A DNA stretch of 64,000 nt from Raillietiella orientalis. Taxonomy: Eukaryota. This document shows positions 1 to 12,720 of this stretch, in pieces. Both the position numbers and the translations under genes were made by a program. Each line of letters starts with the position of its first letter. Within the stretch, counting starts at the first letter, position 1. The stretch is taken from contig JAYWIR010000039.1 of the NCBI GenBank assembly GCA_036172245.1, positions 558,001 to 622,000 on the forward strand. Direction: 5' to 3'. The notes below the pieces were generated by a model, which worked only from the letters and a program-made list of their open reading frames with translations, ran no database searches and was not told where the DNA came from.

Positions 1-180
1 ACTCGTCCGTGCCCACGCGAGCGAGGGAGGGAGGATTTTTCTGGAAGTGAACCGACCGATGGGGGCGCGCCTTGGGAGCATTGGGAATTTGCTGCCCCTC
101 GAGTGCCCGCGTTGGCGGCCCCGTGACTACGGCCCCCTCCTTGCTTGTGGCACCGAGCGTCTCGGGCTCGAATCCCGCCC

Positions 181-420
181 GTGGGAGGATCATCGACGCC
201 AAAAACGGGGGTTGCGTGGTTGAGTTTCGAATCCCCCCCGAAGGATGGCGCTGGCTGGCACGAGAGCTCCAGTTGCGGCACTGTTGGAATCCGGAAACCC
301 CTGGATGTCCCGGTTGACTGCCCGGGGCTCGAAGTTGACCCTCAAGGTCCTCCCAAAAATCAAACAGTGCCCGGGTTCCCTTCGGGGGTCTCCTCCAGTT
401 AGGAAAATAGAACCTTCCTC
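181..420 (+). mobile_element. 5' end/5'UTR fragment of the Tx1/L1-like LINE family
   Basis: Begins GTGGGAGGATCATCGACGCC and aligns colinearly by eye with the reverse complement of 42400-42645 (GATCGACGCC...GATGGCG...GACTG-CC-GGG...GAAGT-GACCCTC). Confidence 0.65.
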
Positions 421-1202
421 TCTTCCGAGGGGGGACCCAATCGCGTACCATGGAGCTGATACCGCCCTCGGAGGTGGGGGGCTTCGCTTCTCCAGAGTGT
501 CGGAAGCGCTCTTCGGAGAGAAATCGGAAAGCGCCCTTTCCGGGGTTCTCTTCAGAGGAGGAAACAAGGAAGGAGAAGTCCTTTGCAGGGTCCCTCCGGA
601 GAAGAAATTCAGGAGCAGATCCGGCCCTGTGGTCCCACCCGGCCCGGAGCAGATTCCACCTCGCGTGCACACGAACCCAGAATCAGGGGTTTTGCTGGCC
701 GTGGTCACCAAGAGCATCTCTGTCCGCCAGATGTCACCGGCGTCTTTCGCCCCCACTTCCGGCACTGCGGTGAAAGGCGCCCTCGGCCGCCGGTGGCGCT
801 CATTGGCTGGGGAGCGAGGCGTTTCCACGTGGCGCGAGAAAGTTCCGGCCATCTTCGATCCATCCCTTTCCGCGGCGAGTGCCCTCCGCTCGCAGCTGCC
901 CACAGGCTCTTTCGAAAAAGGGGGAGGAAGCGGAAAAGATGCCACCCCATAAATCCTCGAGGCACTTCCCGGGCAGAAGCGGGTGGCTCTGTGGATCCCT
1001 TCCTGTGTCCCGGAAAGCATACCTTGGGCCAGGAGCTGTGGAGGACCTCCAGGGCTCGCGGCGGAGCATGCAGGTGGGGGACTGATACAGGGGAAGGTCA
1101 GCTCCTCGACCAAAGGGGCACGGTGGAACGGCATGACGGATACGAAGGCGCAGTCTTCTAACACAACGAACGACCTCTGCATGGATTTTTTTTTTTTTTC
1201 TT

Positions 1203-1233
<31 letters not shown>

Positions 1234-2184
1234 CGAAAGGAAAAAAAAACACAGTCCTTCGGGCCGCTCGGACGGAATTTCGAGTCTTCTGGATGCAGCG
1301 AGGTTTCGGAGGCGTTCCAAGGAGATTCTTCATCCTCTTACCCGCCATCTCACGCGCCGCGAGCGCGGGCAATCCTTTCTGCTCGCTCCGTTCTGCTGCG
1401 GACTTGCGCGCCTTCCGTCGTTTGGAATTCCTCAACAGTTCGACGCGAGCGACGCCCTCGCTTACCCGCGACGGCGGTCCCGACGGGCCTCCCAGACGAG
1501 CCTCGTCCTCCGAGGTGAAACCCCCTGAGCAGCGAGGAGGAGAGCACACCAAGCTGCACATTTTATCGTTGCTTCCTATCTTTCCTTTTTCCTTTTTTTT
1601 TTTTTAAATACCGCATTGCATTTTCACGAGCCGTTCGTCAGAAATCAAATAGGCGCCATTACTTTTGGGGTGACATTCACGTTCTCCTCGTTGCTGCCTT
1701 CGAATACCTCGGACTGGCTTTCCGAAGAATTCGCAAAGCACGCGGGTTAAGGACGAGAACCGGAGAGAGAAAGAGGAGAAATAAATCCACGGCGGTCGGG
1801 GAGGAGAGTGCACCCCTCGGCTCGGAACGGCAGCGGAGCGAGTAGCCAAGCGCCTGGCCAGCCGCCGACGGCGAACAAAGGAAGCGGAAGGGGAAGGGAG
1901 GGGGGGGGGACGAGGGCTTTCGTACGAGACCTCCGCGTTCCAGAACCACGTTCTCTCCCTCCCGGTCCGCTCGCTCCTCCGTTCGGGACTGATCCGCTCC
2001 TGGCTGGACATAAAGTCGTTTATCTCTTGCGTGGAAGGTGATCCGAGGCTGACTCAACGACTTGAGATGCCTTGCACACACAGATGAGCAAACACCATGG
2101 CAACAGCGTAAACATGCCATTATCGTCTTCGCGAAGTCAGTTTTAGGTCACTCCGTATTTGCAGATGTTGTTGTTGTTCTCTCT

Positions 2185-2243
2185 CTGTGTGTGTATGTGT
2201 GTGTGTGTGTGTGTGTGTGTTTTTTTTTTTAAAAAAAAAAAAA
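2185..2243. repeat. (TG)n microsatellite followed by poly-T/poly-A
   Basis: Directly visible tgtgtg run, then T and A homopolymers. Confidence 0.9.
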
Positions 2244-2477
2244 ATCTTCCACGAGATTCGAGAGGACCAAATGATTTTATGGGATCATAATAACGGCTCA
2301 GCATCTTGCGTGAAACATACACACACAAGGCCCTGCCGCGGAAACGTGTGCTCCTTTCGTCTTGGATTCTCGGATTCTTCCTTCCCCTTTATTTCCTCGC
2401 TTGCTCCAAGTTTTTGTTTCTAACATTCCTCTCTTCCTCCTGTTCCTCCGCCCGCGTCCCCCCCCCCCTGTTGCCAG

Positions 2478-2640
2478 CTCGAAGAAGATTACTGTGTGAA
2501 TTCTATGGGCAGCGACTGCTCCTCCGAATTGCTTCGCGCAGGGATATCGGGAGGCTGGTGTTACCGTTCCCAGTAGTTTAACAAGAGATACGATGACTCC
2601 GACGAGGGATGCTGGCAATATCACGGGAGCACGGGAACGC
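2478..2640 (+). pseudogene. Possible degenerate alpha-crystallin (HSP20) exon
   Basis: After a pyrimidine tract and CAG (2475-2477), one frame reads ...FYGQRLLLRIAS...LVLPFPVV*QEIR*LRRGMLAISRE, resembling the ACD pattern LP..V...I.S.L..GVL.I but with two stops. Confidence 0.3.
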
Positions 2641-3321
2641 ACGAGTGCAGTAAAGCGTGCCACGAGGAGCCCACCAGAAGCATTTCTCGAGCACGTGGAG
2701 ATGAAACGAGCGGAGTAAATTATTTCCCGCGATCCATTCGCCGGCATCTGGCAGTGAGATTTTATGTGATTTGCGAATGCCCCTCCCGGTGTTTTTGCAA
2801 GAGGAAGCTCTAAAAGCATTCCCCGGGTCCGCTAGGGATCGCAAACAGCCCGGGATTAAAAACCGAAAAACCAGGAAACCGAACTCCGGGAGGACGGGCG
2901 ACGGCAGGGGAGGAGGGGGGGGGGGAAGAGAGGAAAGGAAAAAAGAAAAAACGCGAGGCGAACGCGTCCGAGGGCTGCTGGAGCAGGCGGTGGTCACATC
3001 GGCGGCGCGCGCGTCCCAAGCGCCGCAGGGAGGGGAGATCTCGGGCGCTTCCAGGGTGAAGCCGAGCGCGGGCGTTCCAGGAGCGCACGCGGCGGCCAAT
3101 CACGTTCGCGCTCGCTGCTGTCCGTCGCCGAGCCGAAAAGAGAGCGATCGGGAGACGTCGGGCTTTTTCCGGTCCACCCCCCACCTCCTCTTTCCCCCGA
3201 GGGGACCGTTGGAGGGGGGTGCTCAGGGCATCTGCGCCCTGGCGCGGACAAGAAGACGACGACGACGATGCGCCCGCTCCAGGCGGGTCCAGCGATCCTC
3301 CTCTTGCCCACGGCTGAATGT

Positions 3322-4520
3322 CACCCCGGTGCGCAGGGGCGTTTATTTCACATATGAAAAGAAACACTGTCCCCGTGACTGGACCACTGGTCCAACCACG
3401 TCCTTGTCAGAACAAACCTCTCAACCCGTTACCGGCACGCAGACCGGTGAGGTCCACCATGACAGCAGAGGGGAGGCGGCAAACAAAAAGAAACAAAAAC
3501 AAATACACACTGTTACCTCGGTACTCGTCGGTAATTCGTTCCGGAACTCGTAACGAGTGCCGAAACCTACGAGTACCGAACGACTCCCTTTCTAGGCTTC
3601 GCGGTATCATTTTCAACCACTTTAGAAGCCATGATTGACGCTTGAAATGCACAAAAAACGCAAAAAAAAAAAAAGAATAGGAACGATTCGGGAGTCACTC
3701 TATGGAAGTGTCCGGCACTGTTCGCGAGCTACCATGAGACAAAAGCGTTCACTCGTTTCATTGAGTGGGGTGTCGAGTTCCGAACATGCGCCGAATACCG
3801 AAACATTTGTTTTCTCGTCAACATGCGGCGAGTACTGAGTTTGACGAGCTCGGACACCACCGAAGCACCACTGCAAATAAACAAATTTTGGGGGGCGGGG
3901 CGGGGGTACGGGAATGGACCAAGTCCTTCTGGAAGAGGTTCTCTGCATCCTTTGAAGGGTGCCTTCAAGGTCTTTCTGTCTGGGTGGGGCCATATCGTTG
4001 TCATCCTCATGAAGCAGACGGCGAAGTGGATGTGGCACCGCTGTGGTTCGGTGCTCCTCTTACGTGGCTCCAGGACGCCACGATCCCGCGTAGGCAGCAG
4101 AGAACTGCAAGCGAGGCTGCCGGTCGAAGGGCGTCGCGTAGGAAGAGTGGTTTCAAAGAGTCCCTGGAATTTTCGCCGGGGTCCCTAGGGTCGGGATAAA
4201 GCGTTCTCAGAGGGACCGGAGGATAACAGTCTGCAAGCAGGAGCGGGAGGGATTCGCGCGATCCCCGCACCTGGCGCAGTTGGGGTTCGCACATTCCCGT
4301 GTCCAGTGATGCCTGCGGGAGTTGCAAGGAAGACCCCAGTGCAGCAACAGCCACTTCAAGAGGAGGAGCCCGCCCACTGCTGAGAGCCCAGTCGCTCGCC
4401 GCAGCAGCTTCCAGCGACTGCTGGTGGGGAGCGGCTGCGGGGCTTCTCGCGGCAGAAGTGGTGGCGTCCTCAGCAGGAATTTCAAACGCCAGAGCGCGGA
4501 ACTTTCCATCCCGCAGTGCC
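3322..4520 (-). mobile_element. Tx1/L1-like LINE 3' fragment (ORF2 C-terminal CCHC region + 3'UTR + terminus), interrupted by a MITE
   Basis: LLLHWGLPCNSRRHHWTRECANPNCARCG and LFLRDALRPAASLAVLCCLRGIVASW match the ORF2 C-terminus at 47571-47945; ends AATAAACGCCCCTGCGCACCGGGGTG (3347-3322). Confidence 0.85.
3508..3873. mobile_element. Degenerate pogo/Tigger-like MITE
   Basis: Imperfect TIRs CACTGTTACCTCGGT / ACCGAAGCACCACTG (11/15 match), CA dinucleotide on both flanks, internal GAGTACCGAA-like repeats near both ends; removing it rejoins the LINE 3'UTR. Confidence 0.6.
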
Positions 4521-4699
4521 AGGAGAAAAAAGGGTGGGTGGGTGGGAGGTAAGGAGGGAGGGAGGGAGGAGAGAGAGATTTCTTTCTCTCCTGACATCTC
4601 GCGGGGCTAGAGACCCGGAGATCGATCCAGAAGGCGGGTTGCGAAGGAAAAGGAGAAGGATCAACAGATGTTTGCCCCGATGCCTATCCGGATTGGATG

Positions 4700-6130
4700 C
4701 GACACCGGGGGAATCCATGGTAACCGAGCGGACTTCCACGAGCTGTCTCCGGGAGGCTTCGTGGGAGTTTCGCCCCCACCCCACCCCACGCGTCGAACGA
4801 AAACCTGGCCTGGGTTCGAGGACGAAGCTCGGCCGGACGGGACGTCCCTCGACCTGCGGCTTCTGGCCAACCAGTGCCGGCGATGAGCAGCGCGCAAGAC
4901 GTGCCCAACCTTCTCAGCGAGGCGTCGCTGACCGTTCTGGAGGGAGCAAGGACATCAAAAGACGTCGGGAGCTCGGAGCTCGCCGCTTTGCCTTCAGCGC
5001 CTTCACCGAAAGACGACTGCTCGATCGGCCCTCCGGGTCCCCCTCTTGCAAACCGGGAGTGCGGAGAGAGAAGCCCAGCATGCTCCATCCGCGGGATGGG
5101 ATGCATCGATCGCGTTGCAGGGACGGTGGGGGAGAACGGTAAACCCCCCGTTGGCAATCCCTTCCCGAAGGAACTGCGAACGGCTGGGAGGAAGGAGAGG
5201 AACTGGAAGTTCAGGAGGTGGGGATCTCCCGCTCGCACCTCCCCTCCTGACGCGATATGGGTTGACGGAGAAGTCGCGCGGGGATCTGCACTGCCCGCGG
5301 GCGCTCCCTCGACCTATTTGCTTCCGTGGCCGTTTCGTTTTGTCGCGCTTCGAGGAAGGTGACCTTCCGCATCACCCAGTGGTAGACGTCTCTGCTAACG
5401 AACGGGGACACGCCCAAACGTAGCCCTCATCCGGAGCCCTCAAAGGTGGACGGAGCTGCCTGCCGTTTTCTTGAAGGCGCAGGACCTCCCTGGTGGACGT
5501 CTCGTGAAGCAGCTCCAGACCGCCGCCATCTTGCTGGATGGGCACCCGAAGCGAGGAACGTTGTCACCGCGCCTCGGTGGGGAGAGCTCCCACCCCAAGA
5601 CAATGTCAACCCTGCCTCACGTGCTGCTCCTTGAGCGCGGAAGGCCGCATCGCAGCGGGGTGGTTCGATTTTCTACGATGCTGTCCCCTGGACCTGTTTC
5701 GAGGTACCTTCTCTCCTCCAGGGTTACTGGCCGCCTCCTCGCTGGCGGCCCTCCTGCCACATCGCGAGCAGCAGCGGCCGCCGAAATGAAAAAAGGGGCG
5801 CGGTCGCCGCGTCATCCCGGAGTTCCTTTGCGACGCCATCGCCTGCAGGCGGAGGGGCGACATCTGGGAGGTTCGAGGCGACCTCCCGATGATCGCGGAC
5901 AACTTGGATCCCGACGGATGCACTCCCATCCCCTTCGACGCGGGTCCTCTGGGAATCAAGCCAAGGACCTCTCCGTCCCACTCCCTATTTATTTATTTAC
6001 TGTCCCTTCCTCCTCTCTACCCTCGATTGTTCCCTGGTTCTGTCCCCAGAGGGAGGGCAGTCCCCATTGGTTCGGGACGGAGCATGTCGGTCTCCAACCC
6101 TATTTGTTTTTATTTATGTATTTATTTCTT
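4700..6130 (+). mobile_element. Highly degenerate Tx1/L1-like ORF2 3' half + 3'UTR
   Basis: Frameshifted similarity to 46700-48060, e.g. LDLFRGTFSPPGLLAASSLAALL vs RDVFRLLFVRDALQPAAALAAF; T-rich 3'UTR at 5985-6135. Confidence 0.6.
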
Positions 6131-6309
6131 TTTTGTAGGTCTCTCTTCAATGAGGATGAGAAGGATGAGAAGCTCACGTCGGGACGCCTCTTCTCATTAA
6201 ATAAACATGCATTCAGGTGCCCTGGAGGCACGACTCGGGAAACGCCGGCACGAAGGTCGATGGCTTGGAGAAAAGCAGTAAAGAAAAGATTAAGGAGTAA
6301 CTGAGAAAA

Positions 6310-6490
6310 GCGCATGCGTGTGTGCGTATGTAAACACATATGCATCCATATCTATACGCATACACATACGCATACATGCACACACATGAACATGCATACA
6401 TCTACATGTACATATATATTTATGTGTGTGTGTGACCATGTATACAGACACACACATCTGTATACAGACACACATATGCAAGATGTGTGA
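6310..6490. repeat. Degenerate (CA/TA/TG)n microsatellite
   Basis: Alternating purine-pyrimidine repeats catacatgcacacacatg etc. Confidence 0.85.
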
Positions 6491-6509
6491 AAACATCGCG
6501 TCCATATGT

Positions 6510-7270
6510 TCGTCGTCGTCTCCAGAACAAGGGCTAGCGGGCCAGAAGGTGGCAGGAGGGTCTCAGGGTTTCTGCCCAAGTCTTTCTTGCAGCCTTTCCT
6601 CAATCCGGGCAGCGTGCCCTCCGTCTTCGGAGAGGCCCTGAGGCCATCCGACCAACCTCCTTGTCATGGAAGACAGGGAAGTGGGTGGACGACCTCCGGG
6701 GCTGCCGCCGCTCCACAGCTCGGCGCCGCCTCCGCTGCGCGGGAGCAGAGGCAGCGCAGAGACGCCAGTGCGGCCCAGTAGTCCGCTGTCCTCCCGGCTC
6801 GGGGCGGCCGCCGCAGAAGCGCCGTCACGGGCAGTCCTCGTGATGCACGCGGAAGCCTGCTGCTGCCGCCCCCCGCAGGAGAGCCGGCGGTCCGCCTTCG
6901 CTGGAGAAGGGCTGGTCTGCAGCGGGCCTTCAGGGGAGGACTCCCTCGTGGGCCAGAGAGGCTTTGCTGAGCGCATCGTCTCTGCGATTAGAACCCTCCT
7001 CCCTTCCCCGGTCTTCTGCTCGACACTGAGGGGGCGTTTCGCTGCTTGGTCCAGCTTGCTCTCCAAGGTTCGGCGCTGCACGGGTCCAAAGATCCATCCT
7101 GATGTCCTTCTGATCATCACGTAGGTCTTGCGCCCACGTGATGACCAGATTTCAGGGATTTCTGGCCTCCTGTCCAGAGGGGCCCGGAAGATGTGCCTGC
7201 TACGTTGGCTGCTGGGCGGAGCCATCTTCCTGCCATCTACCGCAAGGCTCCGCCATTCCTGGGATTCCGA
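6510..7270 (-). mobile_element. Degenerate Tx1/L1-like ORF2 fragment (post-RT region)
   Basis: QEWRSLAVDGRKM...SSRGRKTYV...ESKLDQ aligns with LRWRTMAIAAKM...LCRGRKIRR...WSKLNQ of the copy at 46900-47250. Confidence 0.7.
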
Positions 7271-8449
7271 ATCCTTACGACCCGTCCGGGTATATGTACC
7301 TGCTTCGGCGGTACATATACCCGTCCACGAACCGAGGGAATGACTCATGGGCGCCTCTGAGTAACCACAGGAAGGGTTCCTGAAGCCGACTGTGCCGGTG
7401 CTAAAGTTCTGCTGAAGGACATTGTTGACTGTGGTAAAAAAGAAACTGAGTGAACCAGCAACGGATGGAGATGTGAGGGCAGCATCCTCGTGAGATGTGC
7501 AAGAAAGAAAATCAAGATCCCCAGCGATTGTGTTGGGTGCATCGTGAAAGAGGAAGGCCATTGACGGTAGCAACCAGGCGATGGGGACTCGAGGGAAACG
7601 AACCCGGGAACTGCTGGGCTGAGGACGCAGTTCCGAACCAGCGAGCAGCAAAGAGAACCGCCACCCCTCCTCCGGTCCGCGCGCCGCCCGGCGCGATGGC
7701 GCGCGCATCCCTCCCCTTCGACCGAAGGGAGACCGAAGTCGCGCTAGGGACTGCATCGTGCGCACGCGCAGCTCCTGCTCGAAAGCACCTCTCTCCCGGT
7801 GCAGATTCCCCCACGCGCCGCGGCTCCACTCGCTGCCTGTGCGGCCAGCGGCCACCAGGGAACGGCGCCAGCTGGAGTCCTGGGCGCTCCCTCGACCCAC
7901 CGAACCACCCCCGAGAGGCACGACGAACAAGAGGGACGGCTACCTTCAGTCAAGTGACCCGCGCTCCTCCCGGAACAGAAGCGAACCCGCGACCTCTCCG
8001 GGGACGCGGGAGGTCGGCAGCAAGGGAGGATGCCTCCGGACCACACAGAGAATCGTCCGCTGCAGAGCCGGGGTGGGCAGGACGACGTCAGGGAGGCCGG
8101 CGCTTCCCTGCTTCGCCGCTAGGGGCTCACCCGCGCCGGCGTGGACGACGGTCGCAGGGTGTCACCTCGCATCGCTGGCGAACGGTGCACTCTTCAGGAG
8201 AGGCGAAGATCGCTGAGCGCCGGACGGGGTGAGAAGGCAGGTAGGCCCAGCATGGGCTGCTGCGGGGAAGACCCGTTGGGTCCTGGACGTGAGGCAGCTG
8301 GTTCTTTGTTCGGCGAGGCCTCGGCGTCGCGCAGGCGAAGAGGTGGAAATGACTGGAAGACACCGAAGGCGATAGAGGATCCCCTGGTCATTACTTGTCA
8401 GCTCAAGAAGGAACAAAGTCTCTCATGGGCCTTTAGGAAAGCTGCTGCT

Positions 8450-9100
8450 GCGTTCTGAGACGGGTAGTAGGGCGCGTCGAATGTAAGGACGGAATCTTGC
8501 CCTTTGAGGGCAGGGTCCGGTTGTAACAACAACCGATGGTCACAACGGGTTTCTCCTGTTTGCTGCGTCCCCTAAGGGTTCTCCCTGAGTGCTTGAAGCC
8601 TGCCGAACACATGTCTTCGGAGGTGCATTGCGCTTCTCCCGATCGGGAAGAACAAAGCAAAGTCTTCATCTTCGGCACAGATGCAGACTCCATGACGATC
8701 TGCAGAATCCATCAAAAACCCGACGATTAGCTTTTGGGATGTGAAGAAAGTGCGTCCTTTTTCTTCTCACGGGGGAGGGAGGCGAGCACCTTGGAACCTT
8801 CGCTTCTTTCCTTTAGAACTGCAGGTGATCAAGGAGGTGTCCAGTGCATTCTTCAAGGCAAGAAGGAAGGCTCCGTCTCTCTGCTGACGGCAAGGGCAAA
8901 AAATGGTGAGTGGACTGGGGCGTGTTGTTCCGCTGGAATTCGTCCTCTTAGCCGGAGGGTACCGTCGCAGGAATCTCTTCAGCAAGCCCTCCCACTGCAA
9001 GACGCACTGCAGTACGCGTCTTGGCTCTTCATTGCGGCCCTGCGAGTGTTTGAAAGGGAAGAAGAGAGAAAGGAGGCGGAACGACGAAAACTGCACCGGA
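8450..9100 (-). mobile_element. Probable degenerate LINE ORF1 fragment
   Basis: Reverse complement GACACCTCCTTGATCACCTGCAG resembles GACATCCCTGGATCACCTGCAA in the ORF1 remnant at about 14110. Confidence 0.4.
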
Positions 9101-9499
9101 AGGGTGCGAGAAGGATCTCTTCACTCTTTGCCTCTGGCCGCTCGCGGTCTCCTGTTCCGGGCTCGCTCCCCTTCCTCCGGGACTAACTGCAAACCTTACT
9201 CCGCGGGAGCGTTCCGTCTATAGAAGGCTTCACCCCTCAGCCCCGAGGAGGTGCGAGGAGGGCAGTCTCCACCGCACCGTCCTCGAGGAGCTCCTCCGCG
9301 GCGACGCCTCTCGTTTCGGTCGGTGCACCGACCGAGAGGAGAACCGCTTGGAGAAACTGAGGATGAGAAGTTCTGGGTGTTTCGGCACGAAGTAGGAAGA
9401 CGGAACTACCCGGTGTCTCTTAGGACCGTCTCTCATCTGTCCCTGCTCTTCGTTCCGGCTTCCTTCGTGCCTCGGGACGTCGGTAGGGCGCCACGTTGG

Positions 9500-11800
9500 T
9501 GCAGGAACAGGAACTTTCTCCGAGGAAGGCGAGAAGCTCGAAGCCTCCACGGAAGACACTCACCAGTCTTCCTTTCCAAGGAATGCTTCCCGGGCTAGTG
9601 CCTGCCTGCCCTGGGGGAGCTCCAAGGGCTCACCGCTGTCTTCGCCCTTTCCGGCAGGCCTCTGAGAAGCCCAAGAATGTCGAGTCAAGGAGAGAGGGCG
9701 GTAGTCTCGTGCCCGCTCGGTACCCTCTTTCTCTCTTCCTGTCTCCTGTGACATCTGGAGGGACCCGGGGCAGATGCAAGATAGCATAAGGACCTCTCTC
9801 AGTTGCAGGGAAGGGCTGAGCGCGGAGTAAAATGCCCCACGTGGGAATTCAAGCCCAATGCCGGGCAAGCATGGCCGCGATTGTTCGCCCGCCCCATCCG
9901 GAGCATCCAACAGGCTCACCTAGGCTGCTTTCGCAGAGAAGATAGAGAGCATCATCTCCTGGATGCCTTCACCTTTGTGGCGGAAACTCGAGGATGCCTT
10001 CAGGAGGTCTCGGGACGCTCGCGTCAGAAGAGCGGGAATAGAGAGTCCCAAGATGAGGCGGATGATCCAGAGATCTGCACATGCATGTGGCTATCGAGCT
10101 GAGAGGCCCGGTCAGGTGATCTCGGAGAGAGGAAGAACCTGTCCTTGTTGCCGGGCAACGCAAGCCAGCGAATCTTCCCACTTCGTCGCAAACGTTAGCT
10201 TCCTGGACACGTCGCTGGAAGGAAAGGGGGATTTCCCATGAGTAGAGAAGTGACAGGAAGATCTCCCGACTGGATCAAAGGGAGACGATCGATGTCAATT
10301 GTTTTCATGATGACCAGCTTAAGAAAGCTCGGAGCGGGGGTTCCTCGGACGATGTCCTGAGGTTGACACTCATCCATCGGATGAAGGGGGGAGGTCCTCC
10401 AAAGGGATCAACGGTTCCCGAAAAACCTGACTCCCGGACTGTTCAAACGGCAGGCAACTTCCTCTCGGGTGGACGGGCGGAGCTCCCGTCAGATAACGTG
10501 CGGCGAACCGGAGCTGCCGAGAGGCGCGGAGCAGAGTACCGGCGTATGGTTCTCAGGGGTGTCGCCTGGAGACGCACTTTTCCCCGGGTCTTCTCCGAGC
10601 TGCCGTTTCCGAAAACTCCTCGCAACGCTTCCTATTGAAGCGTCTTCCTCTTGACCTTCTGCTCCCTCTCCCCCTACTTCGTGGTCGAGAAGGGAAGCTC
10701 TGAAGCAGGTTGTGCGCCTCTTTCTGGGAGCCCGGATGATGGGCGGGAAGTTCCTCTCATCTATGGAGGGCCTCCTTCGGGCGCTTTTCCTCGATAGGCA
10801 TAGGGTGAACAGGCGGTCGACCGGAGAGGAGGGAAGGGGAGGATGGGGGGGGGGAGCATGCGTCAGTCACTGGCGCACAGATGTTGAGAAGAATGGTGCG
10901 CGCTTCCTCTTCCTCCTCTTTTCCTGTCTTCCCGTTCTTCCGGACTGGGTCGTGGTCCAGCCGGCAAGAGGTGGAAACGGGAGAGATGAGAGGACTACGT
11001 CCCCTGCAGGATCAGGCGGGTGAGCGAGGATTCAGGAGGTCATAGTCCACGTCAGGCGGCGTGGAAGAAGGACCCTCGTCCACACCGCCCATCGAATGCC
11101 GTAAGAGGGGAGAAGTGGAACTCACGGCACCCCGGGGTTGTCGGCCAAGTGATCGGCGCGCCGGAAGAAGACGCGGAACTCGCGAGGAGGAAGATGGGGC
11201 TGGTTATCCGCACTTCGGAATCGGGAGGCTGCTTGCTTGAATCACGGATTCTCCGAAGTCGGTCATCCTTCCTCTCGAGTGGGCAACGCCAAAGAGGGCC
11301 CGGGTGACCACGAAGGACGCCCTCAGCCATTCGTCAAGGCGCCGACAGCAGGCAGCGCCCCTTTGTCTCCCCCGCTTTTGATGTGTTCCAGGGAATCCCG
11401 ACATTGGCATCCCGGTGGAGTTCCGCTTCACCTTCCGGATCATTCCGCGGGTCCCAGAGGTGATCCGCGCTGCCCTTCTTCTCCATGAGCTGTCTGTACT
11501 TCCCATCAGCTCTCGTTGCGAACTTCCTTCGAGCCAAAGGACGGCGCGCCTGAACCCATCTCCAGCACGCCACGAGATTTCTCTGGAAATCTAAAGGAGC
11601 CTCTTCCCGAAACCTTTCCACGATAATGCTTCGGGTTTTCGCAGCATCTGCAGGCTCCATTTTTCCGTCCGAGCTTGCCGCCTTCAACTCGGTTCCGGCC
11701 CGCGGATCGATTATGCGTCTCCTGAAGACGCTGAGCGATGGCGCTCCGTGATGCTTGGGGTAAGGGATGATGAGGGAACGACTGCCCCTGGGCAAAACAT
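9500..11800 (-). mobile_element. Degenerate 5' half of Tx1/L1-like LINE (ORF1 + APE endonuclease)
   Basis: Order on minus strand: ORF1-like segment, knuckle-like GRCGRG, KLTFAT (APE start), VSLLDAP (NIYAP-like), LGKEDW (cf. LQKDW at 48390). Confidence 0.5.
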
Positions 11801-11959
11801 CCCAACTGCGAGTTCCCGCGCGCGACCCTAGAGACCTCAGAATGGCTGGACTTTTCCTAGACTTTTCATTCTGTGGTGTGCACTTTGAAGCATCGCTCCA
11901 TCCCTAGACTCAAGAGAGGTGTGAGCATGCGCCGTTGCGGAATGGGGAATGGGATGGGA

Positions 11960-12720
11960 GATGCTCCATGGAGAGAATCCGAATGAGATCATCGGGTTCT
12001 GGACCAGCCTCCACGATGTGCCGTCCGGGTTTCTCTCCTATTCTCAGATTGAATTCCGCTGCGCACGCGATCTCATTTCAGAATTCCCTTGTTCCATGGA
12101 CTCTTCCGTTTCCTGCTGCTTTAGGATTCCTCTTGAAGCGTCTCCCTCTTGGTCTTCTGCTCCAGCTCCCCCTACCTTCTCCTAGGCGTGATCGAGGAGA
12201 TGGTCAGATCCTTCAGTGGAGAGCTCTGGAGCAGCTTGAGTGCCTCTCTTCAGATGTTGAAGCCGCTGAGGGATCTTCCACTGCAATCCAGGTCTGTTGC
12301 ATGACAATCTTCCTTTTAAGAAACTCTGTTGCTACTTCGTTTCTCTATGCGCCAAGGAAGGGATTGCACACTCTCAAGTGGACAAGTGAGGGGTCAAAGA
12401 TGTGGCTGTGCTCTCTACGTTCCAGAGTGGTCGCACAGCAAAGTCTGCACCGATGGATGACCCAGTCACCTGAGATTGGCAATGTCTTCTCACGTTGCGG
12501 AGCAGACTGCTTGAGTGGCAGAACCACTTCGTAAGGATCCACAAGCCCTCAAAGAGTCGTACCAGTTGGATCACTGGTAGCAGATGCAGAGTTAACACGG
12601 GATGTTCATGAACTTTACACATTCTATCATAGCTATGACGCAGGTGATGACCGCTCCTGACCATCCTGTTGAATTTTAACAATAAACGATTGTGGCAAAG
12701 CAATTACCCATTGTTTCAAT
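11960..12720 (-). mobile_element. BEL/Pao LTR retrotransposon integrase remnant
   Basis: Colinear Pao integrase motifs with stops/frameshifts: HEH...LFEGLWIL, IGADFAVRPL (G.DFAGP), GLQWKIP, and GRHIVEAGPEPDDLIRIL (GRI.E..PG.DG.VR). Confidence 0.6.

Noticed and set aside
790..960. Promoter-like motifs (ATTGG, CACGTG, GAAagTTC, CATAAAT)
   Set aside because: Short motifs expected by chance; only two HSE units and no defensible downstream gene model.
72..12000. Long overlapping ORFs such as 190-1182(-), 245-952(+), 5471-6304(+), 6563-7930(-)
   Set aside because: Arg/Pro/Gly/Ser-rich translations typical of GC-rich non-coding or antisense TE DNA; any real signal belongs to frameshifted LINE remnants.
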